NCBI GenBank assembly: GCA_042852035.1 | Contig: BAAFHK010000001.1 | Location: 300,001-332,000, forward strand | Reading direction: 5' to 3' | DNA length: 32,000 nt | From: Candidatus Saccharimonadota bacterium | GTDB taxonomy: Bacteria; Patescibacteriota; Gracilibacteria; BD1-5; UBA2023 | Shown: positions 20,745-30,084 of the stretch, in pieces | How the letters are laid out: each line of letters starts with the position of its first letter | Position numbering within the stretch: position 1 is the stretch's first letter | Position numbers and translations under genes: made by a program | Notes under the pieces: model-generated | Databases searched by the model: none | Told to the model about the DNA's origin: nothing | Seen by the model: the letters and a program-made list of their open reading frames with translations, nothing else

Positions 20745-21764
20745 TTAAAATTGACGGAGGAAACGAATATCTGGATTTTGAAAGTATCTCAAATCTGGAA
20801 TTCAGTATTTAATCATAACAAGTCGATTCAGTCAGAATCAAAAAGCAAAACCTGTATACACTTCTGGATCAAGACCTCATTCTCGAATCACATTTGGATG
20901 AATGAGTCATGCTCCCATGAATTCAATCCAGCCAGATCATTTGCAAATTTTGCATCCATTTCCATCGCAAAATGGGCAAGAAAAATCAACTTCAACCCCT
21001 GGTTCTACGAATGGAAAATACCCCGGCCGCATCCTTATTGATACTTCTTTTCCAAAGAGGTCTGAAAGCATCGTTGTAATGGTGAATTTAAGGTGTCAGA
21101 TGCCAATATTTTTATCAACAACGATTCATTCGACCTGATAAAATGTGTTATCGTGAGTAGCATCAACATCTTCGTTTCTAAAAACTCTTCCTGGTATTAT
21201 GGCACGGATCGGAGGGGTGTTATTTCTAAGGATAAGATTTTGCATGCAAGATGTTTGTGTTGAAAGCACATTTCCATCTCATTCAAGCCAAAAAGTATCT
21301 TGCATGTCTCTTGCTGGGTGATTTTTGGGAACATTTACAGCATCAAAATTGAGGTATTCGGTGGTCACCTCCATAGACTCGTAAATATCAAATCACATTC
21401 GAGAAAATGTGTCTTCAACCTCTTGTCGTACCTTGCTAATTGGATGAATGGAACCTCTTTCTCGCGAGTAGGGAATTGTGGTGTCAATCCATTCGTTGGA
21501 CAATTTTGATTCAATTTCTGCACGTTTTATGGCTTCTCGTTGAACATCTATTGCTCCAAGTATTGAGTCACGAACCTCATTTGCCCTTTTTCATATTGAA
21601 GCTTTTTCCTCCGGACTAAGATCCTTGAGTCATTTAAGTATTTTTGTAAGTTCACCATCTTTCCCTACGATGGTGTTTTTGTATTCTATGAGAGATTCTT
21701 CATTTTGTATGAGTGGGAGAGCATGAAGAACACGAGATTCAAGATCTTGGAGTAACGTAAGCAT
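20745..21764 (-). CDS. pheS: Phenylalanine--tRNA ligase alpha subunit PheS (339 aa)
   Basis: Motifs in order:
- [19 protein letters not shown]
- [13 protein letters not shown]
- [26 protein letters not shown]
- [16 protein letters not shown]
- [15 protein letters not shown]
- [24 protein letters not shown]
- IRFLRQF
Stop is TAA at 20745-20747. Confidence 0.95.
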
Positions 21765-21796
21765 TGGCAGAAAATAAAAACTCTATAAATTTTGGA

Positions 21797-22918
21797 TTAG
21801 ATTTTGAGAGGCATAATGAGGTGTCGATAACTGTATTTTCCATCCTCCTTTGGAACTCAGCAAATAACAATAGGAGAAAGAGCTGATTTGTACTCAAAGG
21901 AAATGTAATCCTCTTTCATTACAGATAAAACTTCAAGAAGATACTGGGCATTCATTCCTACTATATCTTCTTGTCATTCGATGGATCCTGTCACTGTAAT
22001 ATTAGAAGCTCATATTTCAGTATCACCAGTACTAATTTCTACACTTCATTCGTGACGAGAGCGTATTCTTGTGTTGTAGTTATTCTCTCTAGCAACGAGA
22101 TTTGCTTGACGGAGACTCGTAACAAAATCGCTCCGTAATACGGTGGTTCTTGTATTAAATTCTTTCGGAAAAAATCCATCGTATTCTGGAAATTTTCCAG
22201 AGAGAAGCCGTGAAGAAAGTCTTACATTCCCTCTTATTGCGAGAAGTTGGTTTTCATGAAAATAGAGGTCTATTGGCATTTTTTCATTATCATCAGACAC
22301 GATTCTTGCCAGTTCAGCTGCAGTTTTCTTGGGGATAATAACTGCTAGAGACTCATTGCCGTTTGTCTTTATGGTAAATTCTGAAAGCCGAAAGCTATCG
22401 GTTGAAGCAAAAATGAGTCCTTCATTTTTTGGCTTTAAATAAATTCCAGCTAAAACCGGTCGTACAGCTCCATCAGCGGTAGAAAAAAGCGTTTTTTCAA
22501 TTGCTATTTTTAAGTCCCTCGATTCGACCCTTAGTGGATTTTCTGCGACAAGAAGAGGAATTACAGGGAACTTTTCTGCACTTGTTCCCTTAAATTTTGT
22601 TTCGCTTGTGGCAGTTATGAATCTTAGGCTTCATCATTTCTCAAGTTCAACCGTAACATCCTTGTCTGAAACAAGGGTGATATATGAAGTCAAAAATTTT
22701 GAAGAAATCGTGAATTTTCACTCTACCTCAACATCAATTCATTCCTCAATTATGTATTCGATTGCCATTTCAAGATTGTTCCCAGTAAGCACAACTCTTT
22801 TATATCCGGCTTCGATGAGTATGTTCTCAAGTATTGGTGTAAGGTTATTTGATCCAGCAGCATGGCTTGTGGTTTCTATGGCCTTTTTGAAAATGTCAGT
22901 TTGAATACGAAAGCGCAT
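21797..22918 (-). CDS. dnaN: DNA polymerase III beta sliding clamp DnaN (373 aa)
   Basis: MRFRIQTDIFKKAIETTSHAAGSNNLTPILENILIEAGYKRVVLTGNNLEMAIEY...VRPVLAGIYLKP...STDSFRLSE...SRLLSGKFPEYDGFFP...GMNAQYLLEVL...HLIMPLKI. It joins track ORFs 22739..23017 and 22046..22300 in frame. Stop is TAA at 21797-21799. Confidence 0.9.
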
Positions 22919-23020
22919 ATTTAGAGTGAAAAAGGGGCAGTGATGAAAAGCGTCATTAAATCGCACATACATTATGGAGAAAAGGAAAAATTGCAACAAG
23001 ATTGCGTGTTTTTTCAAGCC

Positions 23021-23048
23021 TTGATTTTTCGAATCTTTCTGATATACT
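23021..23048 (+). promoter_or_regulatory. Candidate promoter of the Nudix gene
   Basis: TTGATT (23021-23026), 16 nt, TATACT (23043-23048). It lies 33 nt upstream of ATG 23082. The leader is AT-rich and has no SD. Confidence 0.5.
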
Positions 23049-23081
23049 CTGGGAAGTTTTCATTTATTATTTAAAAATACC

Positions 23082-23531
23082 ATGACAGAACTCCATGAAA
23101 AGAGTGCTGGCGGTATAGTGTATAGAAAAAACTGAAGTGAAATTCAGGTGCTCATGCTAGCATGGAAAAATGCAAAGAACCAACTTGAGTATGTCCTTCC
23201 GAAAGGACATATTGAATGAGATGAGACAGCAATGGAAACGGCTCTCAGGGAGATTTCCGAAGAGACTTGACTTGCTCTGCCTGATCTCAAAGTGGTGAAG
23301 TTCATGAACAAGATAGCCTATTCATTTATTGCTGGATATCTCGAAGGTGCTCCAATTATTCATAAAGAGGTTTCTCTTTTTCTCGTTAAGTATAACTGAA
23401 ACGCTGAGCCTCGTCCACGTCGCGCAGAGCGTTTTGTGTGATACAAATGGTTTACTCCAGATGAATTGAAAAATGTTTTCTTGAAACCTGATGTTGTTGG
23501 ATTAATAGAAAAGAATAAGCATTTTATGTAA
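23082..23531 (+). CDS. Nudix hydrolase (149 aa)
   Basis: The Nudix box GHIEGDETAMETALREISEETGL fits Gx5Ex7REUxEExGU, and two of its Gly are TGA. Stop is TAA at 23529-23531. Confidence 0.85.
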
Positions 23532-23589
23532 GAGTGCCAATTTTTGATTGATTCGTTTGATTTTCGGGCATAATTCTATATGCTCACCG

Positions 23590-23598
23590 TGTTATAAT
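23590..23598 (+). promoter_or_regulatory. Extended -10 promoter element, near-leaderless
   Basis: TGtTATAAT (23590-23598) lies 9 nt before ATG 23608. Confidence 0.5.
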
Positions 23599-23607
23599 TT
23601 TTTCCTT

Positions 23608-24069
23608 ATGGATTTTTCCTTCAAAAATAATCAAATTGTAATCGAGTCAGAAAAAAAGACTATTCTTCTACAGAACGACTCTCTCAATGTGGATTGACTT
23701 ATTATTGATGTTGCAGGGGAGTATGAGAAATCAGGGTTCCTTGCCTATGCTCATGAGTCTGCAGATATTCGAATCTATCAAATGCGAGTGGAAGGATACA
23801 CTGTCGGATTTATACCAAATAATATTCCTGATTTAAATTCTGAGCAATTGGATTTTCTTGGAGATCTTGATGTTCTCGTTATGCCTTCATCCAAAGCTAC
23901 TCTACCACTTCTTGAAAAGATCGAACCAAACTTTCTTCTTTCCTACTGAGAGCTAGCTCATGAGCTCGCCACATCGCTCTGATTTTCAGAGCCTCAGCTC
24001 CAAAAATATAAACTTCGAGATATTGATCTTTCTGGGGAAAAAATGGGATTTGTTCTTTTGGGAGAATAA
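23608..24069 (+). CDS. Hypothetical protein (153 aa)
   Basis: The frame is open with 3 in-frame TGA: MDFSFKNNQIVIESEKKTILLQNDSLNVDGLIIDVAGEYEKSGFLAYAHE...DLDVLVMPSSKATLPLLEKIEPNFLLSYGELAHELATSLGF.... It has its own promoter and terminator. I recognise no motif. Confidence 0.5.
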
Positions 24070-24091
24070 AAAATCTTATAAATCTTTTTTT

Positions 24092-24115
24092 AACAGGATA
24101 GCTCCTGTTTTTTTT
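24092..24115 (+). terminator. Rho-independent terminator
   Basis: aacagga / tcctgtt is a 7-bp stem (24092-24098 and 24103-24109) with loop tagc, followed by a T-run at 24110-24115. Confidence 0.75.
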
Positions 24116-24187
24116 CGCCACTCAAAGTAAGGCAAGAAACTTTGTTAGTAAAAGTAGAGAATAAAAATGAATCCCGAAGAAAAAATC

Positions 24188-24215
24188 TTGCAAAAAAAAT
24201 ACATTTCTCTATACT
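24188..24215 (+). promoter_or_regulatory. Candidate promoter of the atp operon
   Basis: TTGCAA (24188-24193), 16 nt, TATACT (24210-24215). ATG 24235 lies 19 nt downstream. No SD. Confidence 0.55.
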
Positions 24216-24234
24216 CCGCTCGTTTTCATACTAT

Positions 24235-25242
24235 ATGCGTAGAACTTATCGTACTATTCTTGCTCTATTATTTCTCTTTTCAGGTTTTATCTGAGTTGAG
24301 CAGACTGCTGTAGCTACAGAATCACATAGTGATGTTGTGATAGTGAAAGAAAGTCCTGAAAAAGAAATGATTGTAAATCCAGAGGATCATAAATCTAAAA
24401 TTCCTCAGGGTGAACACAGTGATTCCCATGATCTCAGTGAGGAGCATGAGTGACCTCATATTCCTGCGCCAAAAGGAGATATTATTGAAGGGTGGAATAT
24501 TGGTTCGCTCCATATCACCAATACTGTTTTTTCCACTTGGATATTTATGGTAGTCCTCTTTGTTATTGTAGCTATAATGAATCTTGCTATCCGTACTGAG
24601 AGTCTTCCTCGAATAAGGGCTTTTGGGCTTGATATTATCAATCGTATTTATCTCTATGCAAAAAATCTCCTCTGAGATGAAAAGATAGCTAAAAACTACA
24701 TCTGGCTACTTTGAGGACTTATGATTGTAATCTTTCTTGGAAATCTTACGGGTCTTTTATTTGACTGGCTTGTACTTGTATCGAAAGATGAATGGCTCGG
24801 ACATTATCTTCGTCCTATATATTCTGACCTCTCAACAACACTCGTCTTTTCACTTACGGTAATTCTTGTAGCTCAATTAACTGCACTCTACCTCAAGTGA
24901 CCTGTGAATCATCTTTCACATTACCTTTGGAATTTTCATGGAGATACTACTGCTGAAAAAATTGTTTGAGTCTTTGTTTGATGGCTCCACTTTGTAGGTG
25001 AATTTATACGTATTTGATCTCTCTCAATGCGTCTGTTTCTTAATATTTTTGTGTGAGCGATACTTATTGGTGTTGTAGTATATGTTGGTGAACTTATCCC
25101 GTCATTTCATACTTGAGTTTTTCGAATCCTCGCACTTCCTTTTTGGTTTTTCGAACTTCTCGTTGCTTTCTTGCAGGCATATATATTTATGACACTTTCA
25201 TCATTGTACATAAAAGAATCTCTGCCTACAAATCATCACTAG
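24235..25242 (+). CDS. atpB: F0F1 ATP synthase subunit a (335 aa) with an N-terminal extension
   Basis: Conserved core: ...GSLSMRLFLNIFVGAILIG...LALPFWFFELLVAFLQAYIFMTLSSLY, containing the essential Arg motif SxRLFxNxxxG. The frame was followed codon by codon. Stop is TAG at 25240-25242. Confidence 0.9.
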
Positions 25243-25325
25243 ACGCTAGAAATGAAGGGCTTTGCCTTTCTTCCTGGTTTTTAGTACTGCAAACCGGATA
25301 CTTCCTCTCCGTCCCAGTTACTTAA

Positions 25326-25547
25326 ATGAACTTCAGGTATTACTTTTTAACATTTATTATTATGAATGGAATTGCACTTTTAGGTGTTATTTGATCTGGA
25401 CTTGGTATTGGTCTTATTGGTATGGGTGCTATGCAAGCTATTGGTCGAAACCCAACTGCTTCTGGTGATATCAATGCAAAAATGCTTACTGCTATTGCTC
25501 TCTGTGAAGTTCCAGGTCTTCTTGCTTTCGCATCACTTTTTCTTTAG
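25326..25547 (+). CDS. atpE: F0F1 ATP synthase subunit c (73 aa from ATG 25326, or 61 aa from the in-frame ATG 25362)
   Basis: ...MNGIALLGVIGSGLGIGLIGMGAMQAIGRNPTASGDINAKMLTAIALCEVPGLLAFASLFL. It has the GxGxGxG helix 1, a polar loop (RNP), and the carboxylate Glu in helix 2. Stop is TAG at 25545-25547. Confidence 0.85.
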
Positions 25548-25561
25548 TAGTATATTACTGA

Positions 25562-25607
25562 TTCAAGTGTGTACGATTAAAGCTTTATAAAATAGTACGC
25601 ACTTGAA
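25562..25607 (+). other. Long intercistronic stem-loop between atpE and atpF
   Basis: ttcaagtgtgtac (25562-25574) pairs with gtacgcacttgaa (25595-25607). That is 13 bp with one G-U pair and a 20-nt AT-rich loop containing the palindrome ataaagctttat. Confidence 0.5.
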
Positions 25608-25625
25608 CTCATAATTTTTCAAAAT

Positions 25626-26102
25626 ATGAATACCATCTTTGATTTCTCATCATTTATAATTCAGGCGATTAACTTTGCGATTGTTGCTTTTGTGCTACGT
25701 GGCTTTATCTTTAAGCCGTACATGAAGTATCTCGAAGAAGAGGCAGCAAAACGCGCTCTTCTAGAAGAAAAGCTTGCTGAAAGTGACTCTATCCTTGCTT
25801 CCGCACAGGAGGAAAGTGAGAACATTATCGAGAAGGCTCGAATTGATGCAAAAATGATGTGAGCTGAAATTGTTGAAAATGCTCGAAAGGAGTGAGTAGA
25901 AATTACTACTCGTGCTCATGCTGATGCAGATGCTGCTCGAGCAAAGTGATTTGCTCAAGTTGAGCAAGAGCGTAAAGCAATGACTGAAGAATTAAAGGGA
26001 AGAGTGCTAGATGTTGCTCTCAAGTTGAATGAAAAACTATTTTGAAAGAATGAGTCAAATGTTGAATTTCTGAAAAAAAATGCAAATTCTGTCGAGTTTT
26101 AA
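25626..26102 (+). CDS. atpF: F0F1 ATP synthase subunit b (158 aa)
   Basis: An N-terminal TM segment (FIIQAINFAIVAFVLRGFIF) is followed by a long charged helix (YLEEEAAKRALLEEKLAESDSILASAQEESENIIEKARIDAK...). The position in the operon fits. Stop is TAA at 26100-26102. Confidence 0.75.
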
Positions 26103-26135
26103 TGTATTTTAAACAATAGTACAAAAGATTCTTTT

Positions 26136-26480
26136 ATGTCAAAGACACAACTTCATTCATATCCTCGAGAAACTCTTGAGCATTTACTTAAGATACTTAA
26201 ATCCTACAGAAATGGACTTAAGCAAATTGGAAAAAGAGCTCAGCTCGAAGATCCTTCTTCTCCATTACCAGTACGTGCTTTTGTAGAGATTCACTCGGGA
26301 ATGAATGAGACTGAATGACTTCGCTATGCGAATGCTGTTATTCAGTATGCATTTCCTACATATACTTGAGAATCACCCCTGGTAGTCATAAATGATGACC
26401 TCAAAGGTGGTGCCCGTGTATTTGTAGGAGATGATATGGTCGATGTTACTATGCAAAAATTTGAAAGTCTTTTACACTAA
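26136..26480 (+). CDS. atpH: F0F1 ATP synthase subunit delta (OSCP), unusually short at 114 aa
   Basis: The operon position fits. The C-terminal segment ...PLVVINDDLKGGARVFVGDDMVDVTMQKFESLLH matches the delta C-terminal pattern (v.p.liGG..v.vGd.v.D.S....L). Stop is TAA at 26478-26480. Confidence 0.6.
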
Positions 26481-26507
26481 TTTCCTTATCAATTATCCTC
26501 TGTTATT

Positions 26508-28031
26508 ATGTCTCATTCTGCTGTTGATCTCGCACAAAGTCTTATTAAAGAACTTGAGATAAAAATTGATTCCGTAGATCTCTCTCCTGATAGAGTAAAT
26601 GCAGGTACTGTTGTGTACCTTGGTGATGGTATTGCAAAGATTGTAGGACTTCGTGATGTTGCCTACAATGAAGTAGTTGAGTTTGATTCAGGAGCTCGTG
26701 GTGTTGCCATGAATCTTGAAGAGCACTACGTATGAGTTGTGGTGCTTTCAGGCTTTTCTACGATTCGCGAGGGTATGATTGCAAAATCAACAAAAAGAAT
26801 TCTTGAAATTCCTGTCGGTGAATCACTTCTTGGTCGCGTTGTAGATCCACTCGGGAATCCAGTTGACGGTCATGGGGATCTTAATACAAAGGAGTATCGT
26901 CCAGCAGAATTTGTTGCAACGGGAGTAATGAGTCGTAAACATGTTCATGAGCCTCTTGCTACTGGTATCAAGGCAATTGATTCTCTTGTTCCTATTGGTC
27001 GAGGTCAACGTGAGCTTATTATCGGAGATCGCCAAACAGGAAAGACTCAAGTCGCTATCGATACTATCCTGAATCAAAAGGGGAAAAACGTAAAATGTAT
27101 TTATGTTGCCATTGGTCAGAAAGATTCAAAAATTGTTGCTATTTCCGAAGAGCTTAAAAAAGCTGGAGCAATGGATTATACTATCATAGTTTCAGCAGGT
27201 GCATCTTCTCCTGCAGCAATGCAGTGGCTTGCTCCTTATGCTGGAGCAGCAATGGGTGAATATTTTATGTTCAAAGGAGAACATGCGCTCATTATTTATG
27301 ATGATCTTACAAAGCATGCAAATGCGTATAGAGAAATGTCACTTCTCCTTCGTCGCCCACCTGGTCGTGAAGCTTATCCTGGTGATGTATTTTACCTCCA
27401 TTCTCGTCTCCTTGAGCGAGCTGCAAAACTTAGTGATGAACTTGGTGCAGGATCAATGACGGCTCTTCCTATTATCGAGACACAGGCTGGAGATGTATCA
27501 GCGTATGTTCCAACAAATGTAATTTCAATTACTGATGGACAAATATTTCTTGAATCAGGGCTCTTTAATGCTTGAGTAAAACCAGCTATTAACGTAGGTC
27601 TTTCAGTGTCACGTGTTGGTTGAGATGCTCAGACGAAAGCTATGAAAAAGAATGCTGGTACATTAAAACTTTCCCTTGCTCAATATCGCGAACTTGAGGC
27701 TTTTGCTCAATTTGCCTCAGATCTTGATCCTGATACTAAAAAGCAACTTGAACGAGGAAAACGAATGGTAGAAATCCTGAAGCAGGATGTTTACTCTCCA
27801 ATTCCTTTTGAAAAACAGGTGTGTATTATTTTTGCTGGAAATAGCGGATATCTTGATAAGCTTGATGTTAAGGGAATTAAAAAATTCGAGCACGATCTTT
27901 ATCTTGGTCTTGAAAGAGAGGAGAAAATTCTTGCCTCAATTCGTGAAAAAGGAGAGTTTAGTGACGAAACTAAAAAGGCTCTCACAGAGTATCTCGATGA
28001 ATTCATAAAAATGTACGAGGATAAAAAATAG
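26508..28031 (+). CDS. atpA: F0F1 ATP synthase subunit alpha (507 aa)
   Basis: Three track ORFs (26508..26735, 26739..27575, 27642..28031) share one frame and are joined by TGA at 26733, 27573 and 27621. The P-loop is GDRQTGKT. The joins read ...[27 protein letters not shown].... Stop is TAG at 28029-28031. Confidence 0.97.
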
Positions 28032-28060
28032 TATCCCATCTTCTAGCGAACTAATACTTT

Positions 28061-28972
28061 ATGCCATCCTGAAAAGAAATTAAATCTCGAATTAAATCTG
28101 TAAAAAATACAGGAAAAATAACTAAAGCAATGGAGCTTATTTCTACTGTAAAGATGAAAAAGGCTCAGGAAGCTGTAATAGGTCTTCGCCCATTTGCTCT
28201 TGCAACGCTTTCTATACTCGGGAAGGTATCATCTGATGAAAGCATCCTCTGATCATATTCTATAGTGCCGAATTCAACAAAGGAACTTATTATTGTGGTT
28301 GCTTCGCAAAAATGACTTTGTGGCTGATACAATACCAATGTTTTTAAGAAAACTACAGAATATATTCGTGATGATAAAGATACTCCATTTACACGAGAAT
28401 ACCACTATATAACTGTAGGGAAGCGGGCTCGAGATTTCATTCTTCGTACTGGGCAGCACCTTCTTGCTGATTTTTCAGATGAAATGAAAGATCCACTTAC
28501 ACCTGCGGAATCTCGCCGAATGGTTCGTACTATTGTTGATGAGTGGAAAAGTGGAAAATACTCAAAAGTTTCCATTATTTACAATCATTATGTTTCAGCC
28601 ATTTCTCAGATTCCAACTGTAAAAACTCTTTTTCCAATTAAATGAGATGAAATATTTGGTTTTCTTGAGAAATATGCTTGAGCAAAGTATGTATCAGACC
28701 ATTATGATGGGGCATATACCATTGAGCCAGATAGAGAGACAATAATTGATATGACCATACCACTTATATTGGATGGGATTATTCATGAGACACTCCTTGA
28801 GGCTAAAGCTTCAGAACACGCGGCTCGTATGGTAGCAATGAAAAATGCTAAGGATAGCGCGAATAAAAAGGCAAATGGTCTTACCCTTATCTATAATAAG
28901 ACTCGACAGGCCGCCATAACAAAGGAGGTTTCTGAAATTGTTTCAGGGGTGGAAAGTATGAAAGATGTTTAG
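28061..28972 (+). CDS. atpG: F0F1 ATP synthase subunit gamma (303 aa)
   Basis: [37 protein letters not shown]...ASQKGLCGGYN (TGA at 28313 and 28325)...[16 protein letters not shown]...[19 protein letters not shown]. The end matches track ORF 28751..28972. Stop is TAG. Confidence 0.93.
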
Positions 28973-29011
28973 AGTTAGAAATGATTATTGAAAAATTAAA
29001 AGCCAAAAAAT

Positions 29012-29039
29012 TACTCCTACTTGTATGGGGGTATTTTTT
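29012..29039 (+). terminator. Weak candidate terminator after atpG
   Basis: tactcc (29012-29017) pairs with ggggta (29028-29033), 6 bp including one G-U pair, with a 10-nt loop. It is followed by TTTTTT at 29034-29039. Confidence 0.4.
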
Positions 29040-29047
29040 GATATAAT
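29039..29047 (+). promoter_or_regulatory. Extended -10 promoter of the sixA-like gene (leaderless)
   Basis: TGaTATAAT (29039-29047), then ttcttt (6 nt), then ATG 29054. Confidence 0.55.
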
Positions 29048-29053
29048 TTCTTT

Positions 29054-29605
29054 ATGTTTAGAAATACGAAAAAGAAACAGATTATATTTATCCGGCATGC
29101 AAAAGCGTTTGATATTGCTCTCTGGAAAGGGATAGACTATGATAGACCACTTGTGCCAGCTTGAGAAAAATCAAATGTCATTATGGCAAATTATCTCAGA
29201 CTTATTTGACTTAAACCAGATAAAATAGTATCAAGTCCTGATTTGCGTGCAAAATCAACAGCAATCGTTTTGGCAAGCAAGCTATGAGTAGAGCATATTG
29301 AATACCATGATTCACTTTATAGTAAGCAGTCACCGATTCTGAGAAATCCTTTTGAGGAACATTTTAAGATCATTAAAATGACCCCGAAGTCGTGTCGTAC
29401 GTTAATGGTAGTTTGACATAATCCAGATCTGACTCGAGTTGCCCAATCTCTTTCTGGGGATGATACCCCCTCTATGAAAAAAGGATCAGTCATAGTTCTT
29501 TCTCTTCCAGATAATATGGATTGGAAAGATATTAGACTTGGGAGCTTAAAGTTTGTATATTATCTTACGCCACAGTTTTTAAGTCTGGAGCAACTTGAGG
29601 GCTAA
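29054..29605 (+). CDS. sixA: SixA-like phosphohistidine phosphatase (histidine phosphatase superfamily), 183 aa
   Basis: IIFIRHAKAFD...DRPLVPAGEKSNVIMANYLRLIGLKPDKIVSSPDLRAKSTA...LMVVGHNPDLTRVAQSLSG. This fits the RHxxA...RPLtxxG...SPxxRAxxT...GHxP pattern. Stop is TAA at 29603-29605. Confidence 0.75.
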
Positions 29606-29624
29606 TATTCAAGAAATATTTTTA

Positions 29625-30047
29625 ATGAATAAAATTTTAGTTTACACTGACGGATGATCTCGATGAAATCCCTGACCATCAGGTTGTGGGGTTTATATAA
29701 CTGACTCAAATGGAGTCCCAATCGAGAGAAGGCATAAATTTATAGGTTATGCTACTAATAATATTGCAGAATATACCGCTGCATTTCTTGGAATCAATCG
29801 AGCTATAGAGCTCTGAGCTGAAGAGATACTCTTTTATGCGGACTCTGAGCTTCTCATTAAGCAATTAACATGAGTGTATAAGATTAAGAATCCAGAGTTA
29901 AAAAAAATCGCATGAGAAATAACTACCCGAATACAGGATTGGTGAGGTAAAATTAGCTTTACTCATATTTTCCGAGAACAAAATAAAGAGGCTGATAGAC
30001 TTTCGAATGTTGCAATGGATGAAGGAAAAAAACTTGCAAAACTCTAG
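29625..30047 (+). CDS. rnhA: Ribonuclease HI family protein (140 aa)
   Basis: MNKILVYTDGGSRGNPGPSGCGVYI...GYATNNIAEYTAAFLGINRAIELG...LFYADSELLIKQLTGVYKIKN...FTHIFREQNKEADRLSNVAMD. Four of the Gly in TDGGSRGNPG and neighbouring positions are TGA. Stop is TAG at 30045-30047. Confidence 0.88.
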
Positions 30048-30084
30048 AAAATATACATCTTACTACTGTACTTTTTTATAAAAT

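Noticed and set aside
22919-23081. A possible replication origin upstream of dnaN.
   Set aside because: No dnaA gene is adjacent. I found no TTATCCACA-like DnaA boxes or AT-rich repeat unwinding element. The region looks like a pair of divergent promoters.
23544-23562. Three TTGATT hexamers within 19 nt downstream of the Nudix gene.
   Set aside because: TTGATT is simply the common -35-like hexamer in this AT-rich DNA, and it also occurs at 23021 and 31005. The spacing to any -10 box here is wrong and there is no dyad symmetry.
24167-24313. A 48-aa ORF (MNPEEKILQKKYISLYSARFHTICVELIVLFLLYYFSF...) upstream of and overlapping atpB, possibly atpI- or atpZ-like.
   Set aside because: It is very short, overlaps the atpB start in another frame, and contains the predicted atp promoter within it. 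It has no recognisable motif.
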